From: Candidatus Spongiisociaceae bacterium
GTDB taxonomy: Bacteria > Actinomycetota > Acidimicrobiia > Spongiisociales > Spongiisociaceae
NCBI GenBank assembly: GCA_965262915.1
Contig: OZ253564.1
Span: forward strand, 4,800,001-4,864,000
Direction of reading: 5' to 3'
Length of the DNA: 64,000 nt
Both the position numbers and the translations under genes were made by a program. Numbering within the stretch: position 1 is the stretch's first letter; each line of letters begins with the position of its first letter. Below, in pieces: positions 1-8,202 of the stretch. The notes beneath the pieces were generated by a model. That model did no database searches, was not told the origin of the DNA, and saw only the letters and a program-made list of their open reading frames with translations.

Positions 1-186
1 ACCGGTAAGATAGCGGTGGCCGCCGCGGCGCTGGAGCCCCGAAGCGGATTCCATGGAGACCCCGGCGATCAGATCGCTACTGCGACGGCCCTTACGCGGG
101 GAGGGACCCTGGTCACATCAGGCTGAGCTATCCTGGCCTGGGCCGTAAAGAACCCCTCCCCAAAAACCATGGACGCAACACAATGA
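1..186 (+). pseudogene. PIN-domain (VapC-like) toxin C-terminal part with internal stop; truncated by window edge
   Basis: Frame 1 reads ..GFHGDPGDQIATATALTRGGTLVTSG*AILAW.., resembling the PIN C-terminal motif HxDPxDRxIxATA..LVTxD; in-frame TGA at 124-126. Confidence 0.6.
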
Positions 187-576
187 GACAGTGTGTCTGG
201 GCCCTCTTTCACCTCAACTAGTCAACGATAGGAAGGGTCGGTTGTCCGGATCGGGCGCGCAAATACCACCGTCCGGATAGTTTACGAACATCACCAGTGA
301 ATCGGTGTCCGGGGATAGGACTCTCCAGCAAGGGTTGCCCGCAATGACTTGCTGCCGTCAAACCAGCGTGCCTGATATCGAGTTGGTTGGCGATGATGTC
401 ACCCTGGTAATAGAAGGGGCTGGGGAGGTCGGACAGGACCCTGGGATCGAGACCAGGCGTCGACCCGGCAATCTGGAGGTGCCCCGCCAACGCGACACTC
501 TGCTCCAGGTTGCTGCCGATCATCCAACGCAGGCCGTAGGAAGACGCGACAGACCCATGCCTTGGATGGAACAGCA

Positions 577-920
577 CTACGACGGGATGTCGAGGATCAA
601 CCCCACGGTATCCCGGATCCGGGCGAGAGCGACCGGCCCCACATTGCCCCTCACCTGACTGATCCGAACGGATGCGACGGCCCGGATGTGGTGACATTGG
701 GCCACGGACGCTTCGTCCAGCCCGTTATGCCGATCAGGCTCGATCAAGATCTCGGATCTGACCCACGATTCCTGGTGGTCACGGGTACGACATAAACCAC
801 ATTGGGAGATGCCGCGAATAGCGTCGGGGCGGTCACCAGCACAGCCGGGCTGAGGATCCCGGATTCTCTCTCGACGGGTAGTCCCAGATCGAGGTCCACG
901 ACATCACCCGAGGTCAGCAT
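577..920 (-). pseudogene. PemK/MazF-family toxin, frameshifted
   Basis: ATG at 920: MLTSGDVVDLDLGLPVERESGILSPAVLV..VVPVTT, stop near 750; another frame continues EILIEPDRHNGLDEASVAQCHHIRAV..RIRDTVGLILDIPS*; start overlaps the antitoxin 3' end. Confidence 0.8.
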
Positions 921-1110
921 TGAGCCATGCCACCTCGTCGGGAGTAAGGGGCGCCGCCAATTCTTCGCCCATCCGATCCTGGCGAAACCGGCGCACGACC
1001 AACGCTACGGTCTCTCCCATTGTGGTTCCTAGTTCCGGGGCGATCCGGCGGAGTTCCTGATGGGTTGCCCTATCCGCACGAACGCTCGTGGACTGTATAC
1101 ATCTTAGCAT
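904..1110 (-). CDS. Small antitoxin (ribbon-helix-helix-like), partner of the MazF pseudogene
   Basis: STSVRADRATHQELRRIA..GETVALVVRR..WLNADLG, directly upstream of and overlapping the PemK/MazF gene; start uncertain. Confidence 0.65.
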   Translation of the reverse strand: MLRCIQSTSVRADRATHQELRRIAPELGTTMGETVALVVRRFRQDRMGEELAAPLTPDEVAWLNADLG

Positions 1111-1281
1111 ACATAAACATATGCAAACTTAGCGTGGCACGTCGTGACAAGCGGTGATCGACCGGAGTTGGTCGGGCTGGCCGGAACAGGCGATCCACGC
1201 TGGATCGGATTCGAGAGGACACCGGGTTCAGAATCACCCGGCGGGTTGTCCGTCACGCTCACGGCGGTTAGCCTTGCCATC

Positions 1282-1405
1282 GTGAAACAGACGTTGGTAT
1301 ATGCGTATCGCGGCTTTACCGGGCCCGGCGCCCGGGCCAGGCACTGCGTGTAGCACCAGCAATCGTCGCAAGAAAAGGCCCGGAGCAGCCGCTCCGGGCG
1401 GTTTT
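1282..1405 (+). promoter_or_regulatory. Putative leader-peptide attenuator (aromatic amino acids)
   Basis: GTG 1282 to TAG 1353 encodes MKQTLVYAYRGFTGPGARARHCV (Y,Y,F cluster); followed by hairpin GCCCGGAGC-agcc-GCTCCGGGC then GGTTTT (1378-1405), just before the aro gene. Confidence 0.6.
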
Positions 1406-1437
1406 CGTTCACGGGGCGGCCCCACCAGAGGAGCATC

Positions 1438-2499
1438 ATGGAACGGAGAGCGATACGTAACGGATCAGGCGCCGACACGATCGTCGAGGTCGGATCTACC
1501 AGGTTCGGGCATGACCCCTTCCCGGCCATCGCCGGCCCCCGGGCGATCGAGTCGGAGGAGCAGATAATGCAGGTGGCCGAGGCGGTGGCCGAGGCGGGCG
1601 CCGCCGTGCTGCGAGGCGGGGTGTTCGAGTCGAGCGCCTCCCCCTACGCCTTTCCCGGGTTGGGCGAGCCGGGTCTCAAACTCCTCGAGAAGGCCGGCGA
1701 GGCGGTCGGGTTACCCACACTCACCAAAGCGCTGGAGCCCAAGGACGTCGAGATTGTCGCCGCTCACGTGGACATGATCTACGTGGATCCCGGTTCGATG
1801 CAGAACTTCGAGTTGCTGCGGGTGATCGGCCGATCAGGCAAGCCGGTCCTGCTCGAGAGGGGCGGGTCGGCCACTGTGGACGAGTGGCTCTGGGCGGCCG
1901 AGTACATCCTCGCCGAGGGGAACGATCAGGTGGTCCTCTGCGAGGCGGGGATACGAACCTTCGAGAAGTCGACCCGGGCGACGCTGGACTTGAGTGCCAT
2001 CCCGGTGCTGAAGGAGAAGAGCCATCTCCCGGTGATCGTGGCGCCGTCCGCGGCGGTGGGATCCCCGGCCCGTATCCAGCCATTGGCACTGGCCGCCCAG
2101 GGAGTCGGGGCGGACGGAATCATGATCGAGGTCCATCCGGATCCGAGCACGTCCCGCACCAGCGTCTCCAATCACATCACAATCGATGCCTTCTCCCGCC
2201 TCATGGACGCGCTGGGCGTCAACCGGATCCGAATGAACATCGATATGATCGATCGTGACCTGGTGCGGCTGCTGGCTAACCGGCATCATATGGCCATGCG
2301 GGTAGGCCGGATAAAGGCGGAACGGGGAATGCCGGTCCAGATACCCGAGCGCGAGGAGGAACTCCTTGCCATCATCCGGGAAGAGGCCGACCGGGCGGGG
2401 CTGGACCCCGACCAAGTGGAGCGGATCTTCATCCTGATCCTCAAGCAATCCCGCGACGCGCAACACCGGAAACGCGCCCGGACCTGGTCGCAAGGCTGA
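1438..2499 (+). CDS. Type I-beta DAHP synthase-like domain (catalytically degenerate) fused to C-terminal AroQ chorismate mutase
   Basis: IAGP, SPYAF.GLG..GL, MQNF.LL, GIRTFE, TLDL, IEVHPDP motifs; C-terminal RIRMNIDMIDRDLVRLLANR..VGRIK..ERE..SRDAQ is AroQ-like. Confidence 0.9.
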   Translation: MERRAIRNGSGADTIVEVGSTRFGHDPFPAIAGPRAIESEEQIMQVAEAVAEAGAAVLRGGVFESSASPYAFPGLGEPGLKLLEKAGEAVGLPTLTKALEPKDVEIVAAHVDMIYVDPGSMQNFELLRVIGRSGKPVLLERGGSATVDEWLWAAEYILAEGNDQVVLCEAGIRTFEKSTRATLDLSAIPVLKEKSHLPVIVAPSAAVGSPARIQPLALAAQGVGADGIMIEVHPDPSTSRTSVSNHITIDAFSRLMDALGVNRIRMNIDMIDRDLVRLLANRHHMAMRVGRIKAERGMPVQIPEREEELLAIIREEADRAGLDPDQVERIFILILKQSRDAQHRKRARTWSQG

Positions 2500-2568
2500 C
2501 AACGACCCCCGTTCTGGCCGAGACTCGGTTTCCGGACGAGGATTCGGCATGTCTAGCCGGGCGTTTAG

Positions 2569-4384
2569 CCTGAATCCACCGGTAGATATTCTGTGGTTGG
2601 GGGTGGATAGACGCGGAAAGTGCCTCTGATCTGGGACAATAGCCATACGAAACATGGTGATTGGCTCGGAGTCTGGAGGCGCTTCCTGTGAGTGGAGTAT
2701 TGCAGAATATCGACCGGTATGAGGCGGTTTTCGATGATGAGGGGCTGGTGGCCGACGCTGGGTTGTTGGCGGCCGGGACGTTGATGGACCGTTTGGGTTT
2801 GGAAGGTTTGGTGGATCGGACGGTGCGGTTGGGCGGCCGGGTGGGTGGCGCGCATCCGGGTCGTAAGGTATGCACGTTGGTAGCTGCGATGCTGGTGGGC
2901 GCCTCCCATATTGACCATGTGGATCGGCTCCGGGCCGGTTCCACCGACCGGGTGCTGCCCCATGCGGTGATGGCCCCGTCCACTGTGGGAACCTTCCTGC
3001 GTTCGTTCACCTGGGGTCATGTACGCCAGTTGGAGAAGGTGGTGACCGTAGCGCTGGGCCGTGCGTGGGGGGCGGGCGCCGGTCCCGGCAAGGGAGCGGT
3101 GACCCTCGATGTGGACTCGACGATCTGTGAGGTGTCTGCCAAGACCAAACAAGGGGCCGCCTATGGCTACACCAAAGAGTTGGGTTATCACCCGCTGTTG
3201 GCGTTCCGAGCCGATACGGGGGAAGTGGTCGGCGCCCGTCTGCGGGAAGGAGCATCGCAGAGGGGTGTGGTCCATTTCGTTGGGGAGACAGTGCGGCGTG
3301 TGCGACGGGCCGGGGCCAGGGGCCCGGTGAGCGTGCGGGCCGATTCGGGGTTCTGGTCCTATACCCTCTTGGCCGCCCTCGACCGCCTCGGGGTGGGCTG
3401 GTCGATCACCTGCCCGCTGAATGCCAAGATTAGGACACTGATCAGCAATATCGACAAAGACGCGTGGACCCCCATTGCCTATCCCGAAGGCGGGCTGGCA
3501 CAAGTGGGGGAAACAGTCCTGGAGATGACCAACCCCAAGAAACGGTCGCAGAAACGCCGGGTTCGCCTGGTAGTGCGCCGCACCCGCCTGCTCGGTTCCC
3601 AAGCCGAGCTGTGGCCCGACTGGCGATACCACGCGTTCGTCACCAACCTGGACCTGCCCGCGGCAGAAGCCGACCGGCGCCACCAACCCCGGGCCGGACA
3701 AGACGACACCGGCCACCAACCCCGCCGCGGAGAACAAGACACCGAACCGGCCGAACTGCCGGTGGTAGAGATCGGTGACAACCCTGGGGAAGCGCACAGC
3801 CCGCTGCCCGCGGTCGAAATCGACCGGTACCACCGCCGCCACGCCACATGCGAACTCGCCATCCGCGACCTCAAAGACTCCGGGGGTCTCGCCCACCTAC
3901 CCTCCGGCGTCTTCGCAGCTAACGCCGCCTGGCTGATCTGCGCCGCCCTAGCCCATAACCTCTACCGGCAGATAGCCCTCCTCGGGGGTACGCAGCCGCC
4001 CGGGCGGCTGGTCTGTGGACGTACCATCCGTACCCGACTGTTCGGACTCCCTGGACGCCTCGTCAACCACGGCGGACGCCGCCTCCTGCGTCTACCCGCC
4101 CGATGGCCCTGGGCCGGCGCCTACCTAACCACCCTCACTAACCTCCGGGCGCTGCCACAGCTCTGCTGACCCGGCCCGACGGACCCGCCGCAACCATAAC
4201 CAACCACCCAAACCCCGACCACACACGCCCGAAACCATCCCAACCAGCCCCCAACACTACCTAACCCACCAAACCACACCCACCACACCCCCGAAACCCC
4301 CCGAATCCAACCAGCCCCAACCCCTCAACCCCCCACCAACCGCACCCCGGACCACCCCCCGGGGAGGCCGTCGGTGGATTCAGG
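2569..4384 (+). mobile_element. IS1380-family insertion sequence, complete
   Basis: Terminal inverted repeats CCTGAATCCACCG / CGGTGGATTCAGG; flanking direct repeat TTTAG at 2564-2568 and 4385-4389. Confidence 0.95.
2661..4169 (+). CDS. IS1380-family DDE transposase
   Basis: TLDVDST, GYHPLL, VRADSGF, HRRHATCELAIRDLK, FAANAAWL motifs. Confidence 0.95.
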   Translation: MARSLEALPVSGVLQNIDRYEAVFDDEGLVADAGLLAAGTLMDRLGLEGLVDRTVRLGGRVGGAHPGRKVCTLVAAMLVGASHIDHVDRLRAGSTDRVLPHAVMAPSTVGTFLRSFTWGHVRQLEKVVTVALGRAWGAGAGPGKGAVTLDVDSTICEVSAKTKQGAAYGYTKELGYHPLLAFRADTGEVVGARLREGASQRGVVHFVGETVRRVRRAGARGPVSVRADSGFWSYTLLAALDRLGVGWSITCPLNAKIRTLISNIDKDAWTPIAYPEGGLAQVGETVLEMTNPKKRSQKRRVRLVVRRTRLLGSQAELWPDWRYHAFVTNLDLPAAEADRRHQPRAGQDDTGHQPRRGEQDTEPAELPVVEIGDNPGEAHSPLPAVEIDRYHRRHATCELAIRDLKDSGGLAHLPSGVFAANAAWLICAALAHNLYRQIALLGGTQPPGRLVCGRTIRTRLFGLPGRLVNHGGRRLLRLPARWPWAGAYLTTLTNLRALPQLC

Positions 4385-4410
4385 TTTAGGGCGCCGTTCT
4401 ATGGCGTTCG

Positions 4411-4830
4411 CCTAGATAGCACCACGAGAAGGCTGAACAGTGACGGTTGCAGTTGGACCATCGCTCGCTGACCTGGCTTTTCGTCATCGGCCGACGGGAC
4501 GCTGGTAGATCGCTCGGCACGGTCCTGGCTGACAACCCACTGATCCATTAGGTCGCGCCCTGGACCAATGGGCGTTTCTGTTCACTAACCAACAGCCCAG
4601 GCGCCCGAGGATTCTACGACCAACGACGAGCAGCCGACGACCTCCACCACCAAGCCCTACGAGCCCTACGAGCCCTACGAGCCCTACGAGCCCTAGCCAA
4701 CCGCCTCGTCAGCATCCTCCACGGCTGTCTCAAACACCAAACCCCCTACAACGAACACACCGCCTGGGCACACGGAACCATCCCCGACAAAGCCGCAGCT
4801 TGACAATTACGCTCCTGGGATGCTCCTAGA
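4411..4830 (+). mobile_element. Internally deleted IS110-family element (transposase C-terminus only)
   Basis: ~4575-4803 encodes FCSLTNSPGARGFYDQRRAA..HHQALRALANRLVSILHGCLKHQTPYNEHTAW, typical of actinobacterial IS110 C-termini; CCTAGA repeated at 4411-4416 and 4825-4830. Confidence 0.7.
4654..4695 (+). repeat. 9-bp tandem repeat GCCCTACGA, about 4.7 copies
   Basis: Seen directly; expands the ALR tripeptide of the IS110 remnant. Confidence 0.9.
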
Positions 4831-5791
4831 CCGTGGCGTTCTGGGAGACGACGGCGATGAACAGGACGAAGGACGCCAGCAGCACCAGGCCTTGGATTCT
4901 GCCCAGGCGCCGACGACCGGTGATCGCCATGATCCCCACGAGGAGCCCGATCACAATCATCACTACGTGCCCCCAAACCTGCTGTTCGCCTATCGCCCCG
5001 GCACCTATCACACCGGCCAGCCCCACCACCAGCAGCGAGTTGAACAGGTTGGAGCCCAGCAGGTTGCCGATGACCAGTTCGTTGGCCTTGCGACGTGCTG
5101 CCGCACCTGCTGTGACCAGTTCGGGAAGGCTGGTCCCGAGGGCGAAGATGGTGGCCCCGACGAACCCGCCGGCCAGACCGTAGTGATCAGCCACGTTACC
5201 GCCGCCCTCCACGAGCAACCAGGCACCGACCACGATGCCCACCAACGAAGCAAACGCCTTGGCGAGTTCCCGGGTCGCCCGGTACTCCATCGCATCGGCG
5301 TCGTCCTGCAGGGTAGCTCCGGCCAACCCGTCCCTGACATCCCGACGGGACCACAAGACCAGGAACACCGAGACGACCGCCATCGCCGCCACCAGTAACA
5401 GGCCCTCGGTTCTCTGGAGAACATCGTCCCAGGCGACCAGGACCACCGCGCCCATCGCCAGCAGGGTGATGAGCCCCTCCCGGCGGATTATGCGGACCTG
5501 GCCGACCACCGGAGAGATCATCGCACTGACCCCCAACACCAGCGACAGGTTGGCGGCGTTCGAACCGACCACGTTTCCTACCGACTCGGCCAGCTCCCCC
5601 CTGGCCGCCGCCAAGCCGCTGACAACCAACTCGGGGGCCGAGGTTCCGAAGCCGATGACCAGAGCCCCCACAAGAACCGGCGAGACACCCCAGATACTGG
5701 CCAGGCGGGCGGCCGCCTCCACGAACGGATCGGCCACCACCCACAACAGCGCGACTCCCACCACGATCAGGATGACTCCCAGCCACAGCAT
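4826..5791 (-). CDS. Calcium/sodium antiporter (CaCA family, YrbG-like)
   Basis: Two alpha repeats GTSAPEL..GNVVGSN and GTSLPEL..GNLLGSN; about 10 TM segments. Confidence 0.95.
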   Translation of the reverse strand: MLWLGVILIVVGVALLWVVADPFVEAAARLASIWGVSPVLVGALVIGFGTSAPELVVSGLAAARGELAESVGNVVGSNAANLSLVLGVSAMISPVVGQVRIIRREGLITLLAMGAVVLVAWDDVLQRTEGLLLVAAMAVVSVFLVLWSRRDVRDGLAGATLQDDADAMEYRATRELAKAFASLVGIVVGAWLLVEGGGNVADHYGLAGGFVGATIFALGTSLPELVTAGAAARRKANELVIGNLLGSNLFNSLLVVGLAGVIGAGAIGEQQVWGHVVMIVIGLLVGIMAITGRRRLGRIQGLVLLASFVLFIAVVSQNATV

Positions 5792-5859
5792 CTCGTCAGC
5801 CTAACGAACGGAACCAACTTGACGACCTGCCCATCTGCCGATGGCTTTCGTTGGGCTGG

Positions 5860-6229
5860 TCATGCCAACTGCAGACCGGAATTCCCAAACCGGCGGAAGT
5901 CCGCCACATTCGTGGTTGCGACCGGCGCGTCATCCGAGAGAGCCCCGGCGGCGATCATACAATCGCTCAACGATCCACGCCGGCGACCGTTTCATTGAAT
6001 AGGCGCGCGGCAACCTCTGCATGTCCTGCCGTGAGATCGCGGCACTGTCCAACTATCTGGGCTGCCATGTCTAGTTCGGATCTCGGGAGTGGGCCACAAA
6101 GGAACTCTGCCCAAGCGACCGCGCTCATAGTCAGGCTTAGCCCGATGCGATCCAATCACCTATCTTGCCCTCCTCAGGAGTACCGCCACGCAGTGCCAGA
6201 ATGACCAAGCTCGTGTCCAGATGGATCAT
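5860..6229 (-). pseudogene. VapC/PIN toxin, multiply frameshifted
   Basis: MIHLDTSLVILAL.. / MSAVAWAEFLCGP..AARLFNET / SLSDCMIAAGAL / APVATTNVADFRRF in different frames. Confidence 0.85.
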
Positions 6230-6518
6230 CGGGGCTCTGAGAGCGTCGCTGCTCAGCAGCCGCGCGCCGCTCCTCCCGAACGTCACGTGCCCACTGATCG
6301 AGGTTCACGTTGCGCTCGCGCACAGACGCCTGCAGCCGATCGAGCGCATCAAGAGCCGCGACATTGCCCGGATTGTCTCCCGCTACCGCGATACGGATTG
6401 CGCGCCTGAACACCTCGGATTTGGACACCTTCCAACGGCGTGCCAATTCATCCAGTGTTCTCACGGACCCGACATCCAGCGAGTAGGTAGATTTGATAGT
6501 CGTTACGGCCAGACTCAT
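6174..6518 (-). CDS. CopG/RHH-family antitoxin
   Basis: TIKSTYSLD..LDELARRWKVSKSEVFRRAI ribbon-helix-helix pattern, upstream of and overlapping vapC. Confidence 0.8.
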   Translation of the reverse strand: MSLAVTTIKSTYSLDVGSVRTLDELARRWKVSKSEVFRRAIRIAVAGDNPGNVAALDALDRLQASVRERNVNLDQWARDVREERRAAAEQRRSQSPDDPSGHELGHSGTAWRYS

Positions 6519-6658
6519 TGTCTATCAAGGGTGGTTTCCACCTCATTGAGCAGACTATCGAGCAATTCGCCGGTGACCCATCGGCGATGACCAGTCGCAG
6601 TTCAGCGGGAAACAGACCGGTAGCGATCGGAATTGCTCCGCGCTCTCCGAGGAGCGGT

Positions 6659-7435
6659 TCAGGTGTTCTTCTCGTCCCGCCAGGCGATCCACTCGTCGAG
6701 TCCGGCCATGTCGTAGTCGGGACCGTTCACTCCGAGGGTGATCTGGGTGGCGCCGGCTCCGAGCAGGTCGTCGGCCTCGCCGATCTCGTCGAGGTTGGCG
6801 CCCACCGCCCGTTCGATCTCCGATGGGTCCCGGCCGGCGACCCGGCACCACTCGTCGAGGATCCTGGTCTTGCGGCGCACGGTCGCCGAATCGCCGAAGC
6901 CGTGCCAGATGTCGGCATAGCGGGCCGCGATCCGCAGCGTGTGCTTCTCGCCCTGGCCTCCGATCAGGATCGGTATGTCCCTCATGGGTGGGGGATTGAG
7001 CCGGCCCAGCCGCCGCCTGATGCGGTACATACCGGCTTCGAAATCCCGTAGGCGGCCCCCGAAGGTCCCGAACGGGTACTCGTACTCCGTGTAGTCCCGC
7101 TCGGTCCAACCGGCGCCCACGCCGAGGACGAGGCGGCCCTCGCTTATGTGGTCCACGGTGCGGGCCATATCGGCGAGGAGGTGGGGATTGCGGTAGGAGT
7201 AACAAGTGACCAGTGCCCCGAGCTCCACCCTCTCGGTCACCTCCGCCCATGAGGCCAGCATCGTCCAGCACTCGAAATGCCGGCCGTCCGGCGGTCCCGA
7301 GAGCGGGAAGAAGTGGTCCCAGTTGTAGACGATGTCCACGCCCATCTCCTCGGCATGCACCGCGGCAGCCCGAAGATCCCGGTACTCACCATGCTGCGGG
7401 TAGATATGGACGGCGATTCGTACCGGCCTCGTCAT
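6659..7435 (-). CDS. LLM-class (probably F420-dependent) oxidoreductase
   Basis: WDHFFPL, ECWT.LA, YRNP.LLADMARTVDHIS.GR..LG.GAGW, PILIGG.GEK; SD GGAGGGG before ATG 7435. Confidence 0.92.
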   Translation of the reverse strand: MTRPVRIAVHIYPQHGEYRDLRAAAVHAEEMGVDIVYNWDHFFPLSGPPDGRHFECWTMLASWAEVTERVELGALVTCYSYRNPHLLADMARTVDHISEGRLVLGVGAGWTERDYTEYEYPFGTFGGRLRDFEAGMYRIRRRLGRLNPPPMRDIPILIGGQGEKHTLRIAARYADIWHGFGDSATVRRKTRILDEWCRVAGRDPSEIERAVGANLDEIGEADDLLGAGATQITLGVNGPDYDMAGLDEWIAWRDEKNT

Positions 7436-7480
7436 GTGAACTCCCCTCCGGGTCCTCCCGATAGAAGGTAGCCGCATCGA

Positions 7481-8122
7481 TCAGCCGGACGGTAGGGGAA
7501 CGCCTTCAGGGCGATTCCCGAATCGGGCGTCCTCCGTCCGGGTTCGTTTCAGTTCCCAGAATCCGGGGGTGAGGGTGGCCGCCACGACGATGTCCCAGAG
7601 TTGGAGGGAGGCGTCGCGGGGCGGGACCCGGCTGATCACCGGACCGAATATCCCCACCCGGCCGCCGTGGCCGTCCCCAATGGCGATGATCGGAGTCCCC
7701 ACATCCTCGCCCACCAGATCGAGGCCGGCATCCATCCGCTGCCGGATCTCCCCGTCCCAGCCCTGGTCGTCGAACGCCTCGGCGTGCGACGGGTCGATGC
7801 CGCATCCGGACAGCACCTCGCCGATGTCAAAGTCGAGCAACCGGCCATCGTGATGGATGCGGGTACCGAATCCCCAGTAGGCGCGGAAGACGCCGTCGTT
7901 GCCCTCCTCGATTCGCACCGATTCCATCACCCGCAGGAGCCCGTGCGTGCGCACGGAGGGCTCGTACCGGTCGGATTCCGGACCGGGCCGGTTCTTGAAC
8001 AGGAGGCTGATCGGCTCCCATTCGACGCGCAGATCCCTGACCGGCGCAACCTCGTCGACGACCCACCGGGCCGTCACCCAGCACCACGGTCAGACCGGGT
8101 CAACCCAGAAAGAGATCTCCAT
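7481..8122 (-). CDS. Rv2466c-like (mycothiol-dependent, DsbA/thioredoxin-fold) reductase; predicted selenoprotein (Sec at codon 11)
   Basis: SD AAAGGA + ATG 8122; MEISFWVDPV-TGA-PWCWVTARW aligns with family FWFDPxCPWCW; C-terminal GxDVGTP, FGPVISRVP, GFWELKRTR; adjacent to pepN. Confidence 0.85.
8057..8075 (-). promoter_or_regulatory. Putative bacterial SECIS element
   Basis: mRNA hairpin GACGGCCC-GGU-GGGUCGUC starts 14 nt after the in-frame UGA; loop starts with G. Confidence 0.65.
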
Positions 8123-8202
8123 ACCGTTCCTTTCGTCAACCCCGCAACGGTAGCGGCGGGAACCGGAAGAGGCCACCGGCCCACCCCGCCCCGGAACCCG
8201 CG

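Noticed and set aside
124-126. In-frame TGA in the PIN fragment as possible selenocysteine
   Set aside because: The position is not a Cys in PIN domains and other conserved residues are also decayed; an ordinary nonsense mutation is more likely
218-697. ORFs 218..697 (-) and 305..658 (+)
   Set aside because: Both overlap the MazF pseudogene and show no recognisable motif; not supportable as genes
4170-4370. C/A-rich low-complexity tract as a repeat array
   Set aside because: It lies inside the IS1380 right non-coding end and has no regular unit
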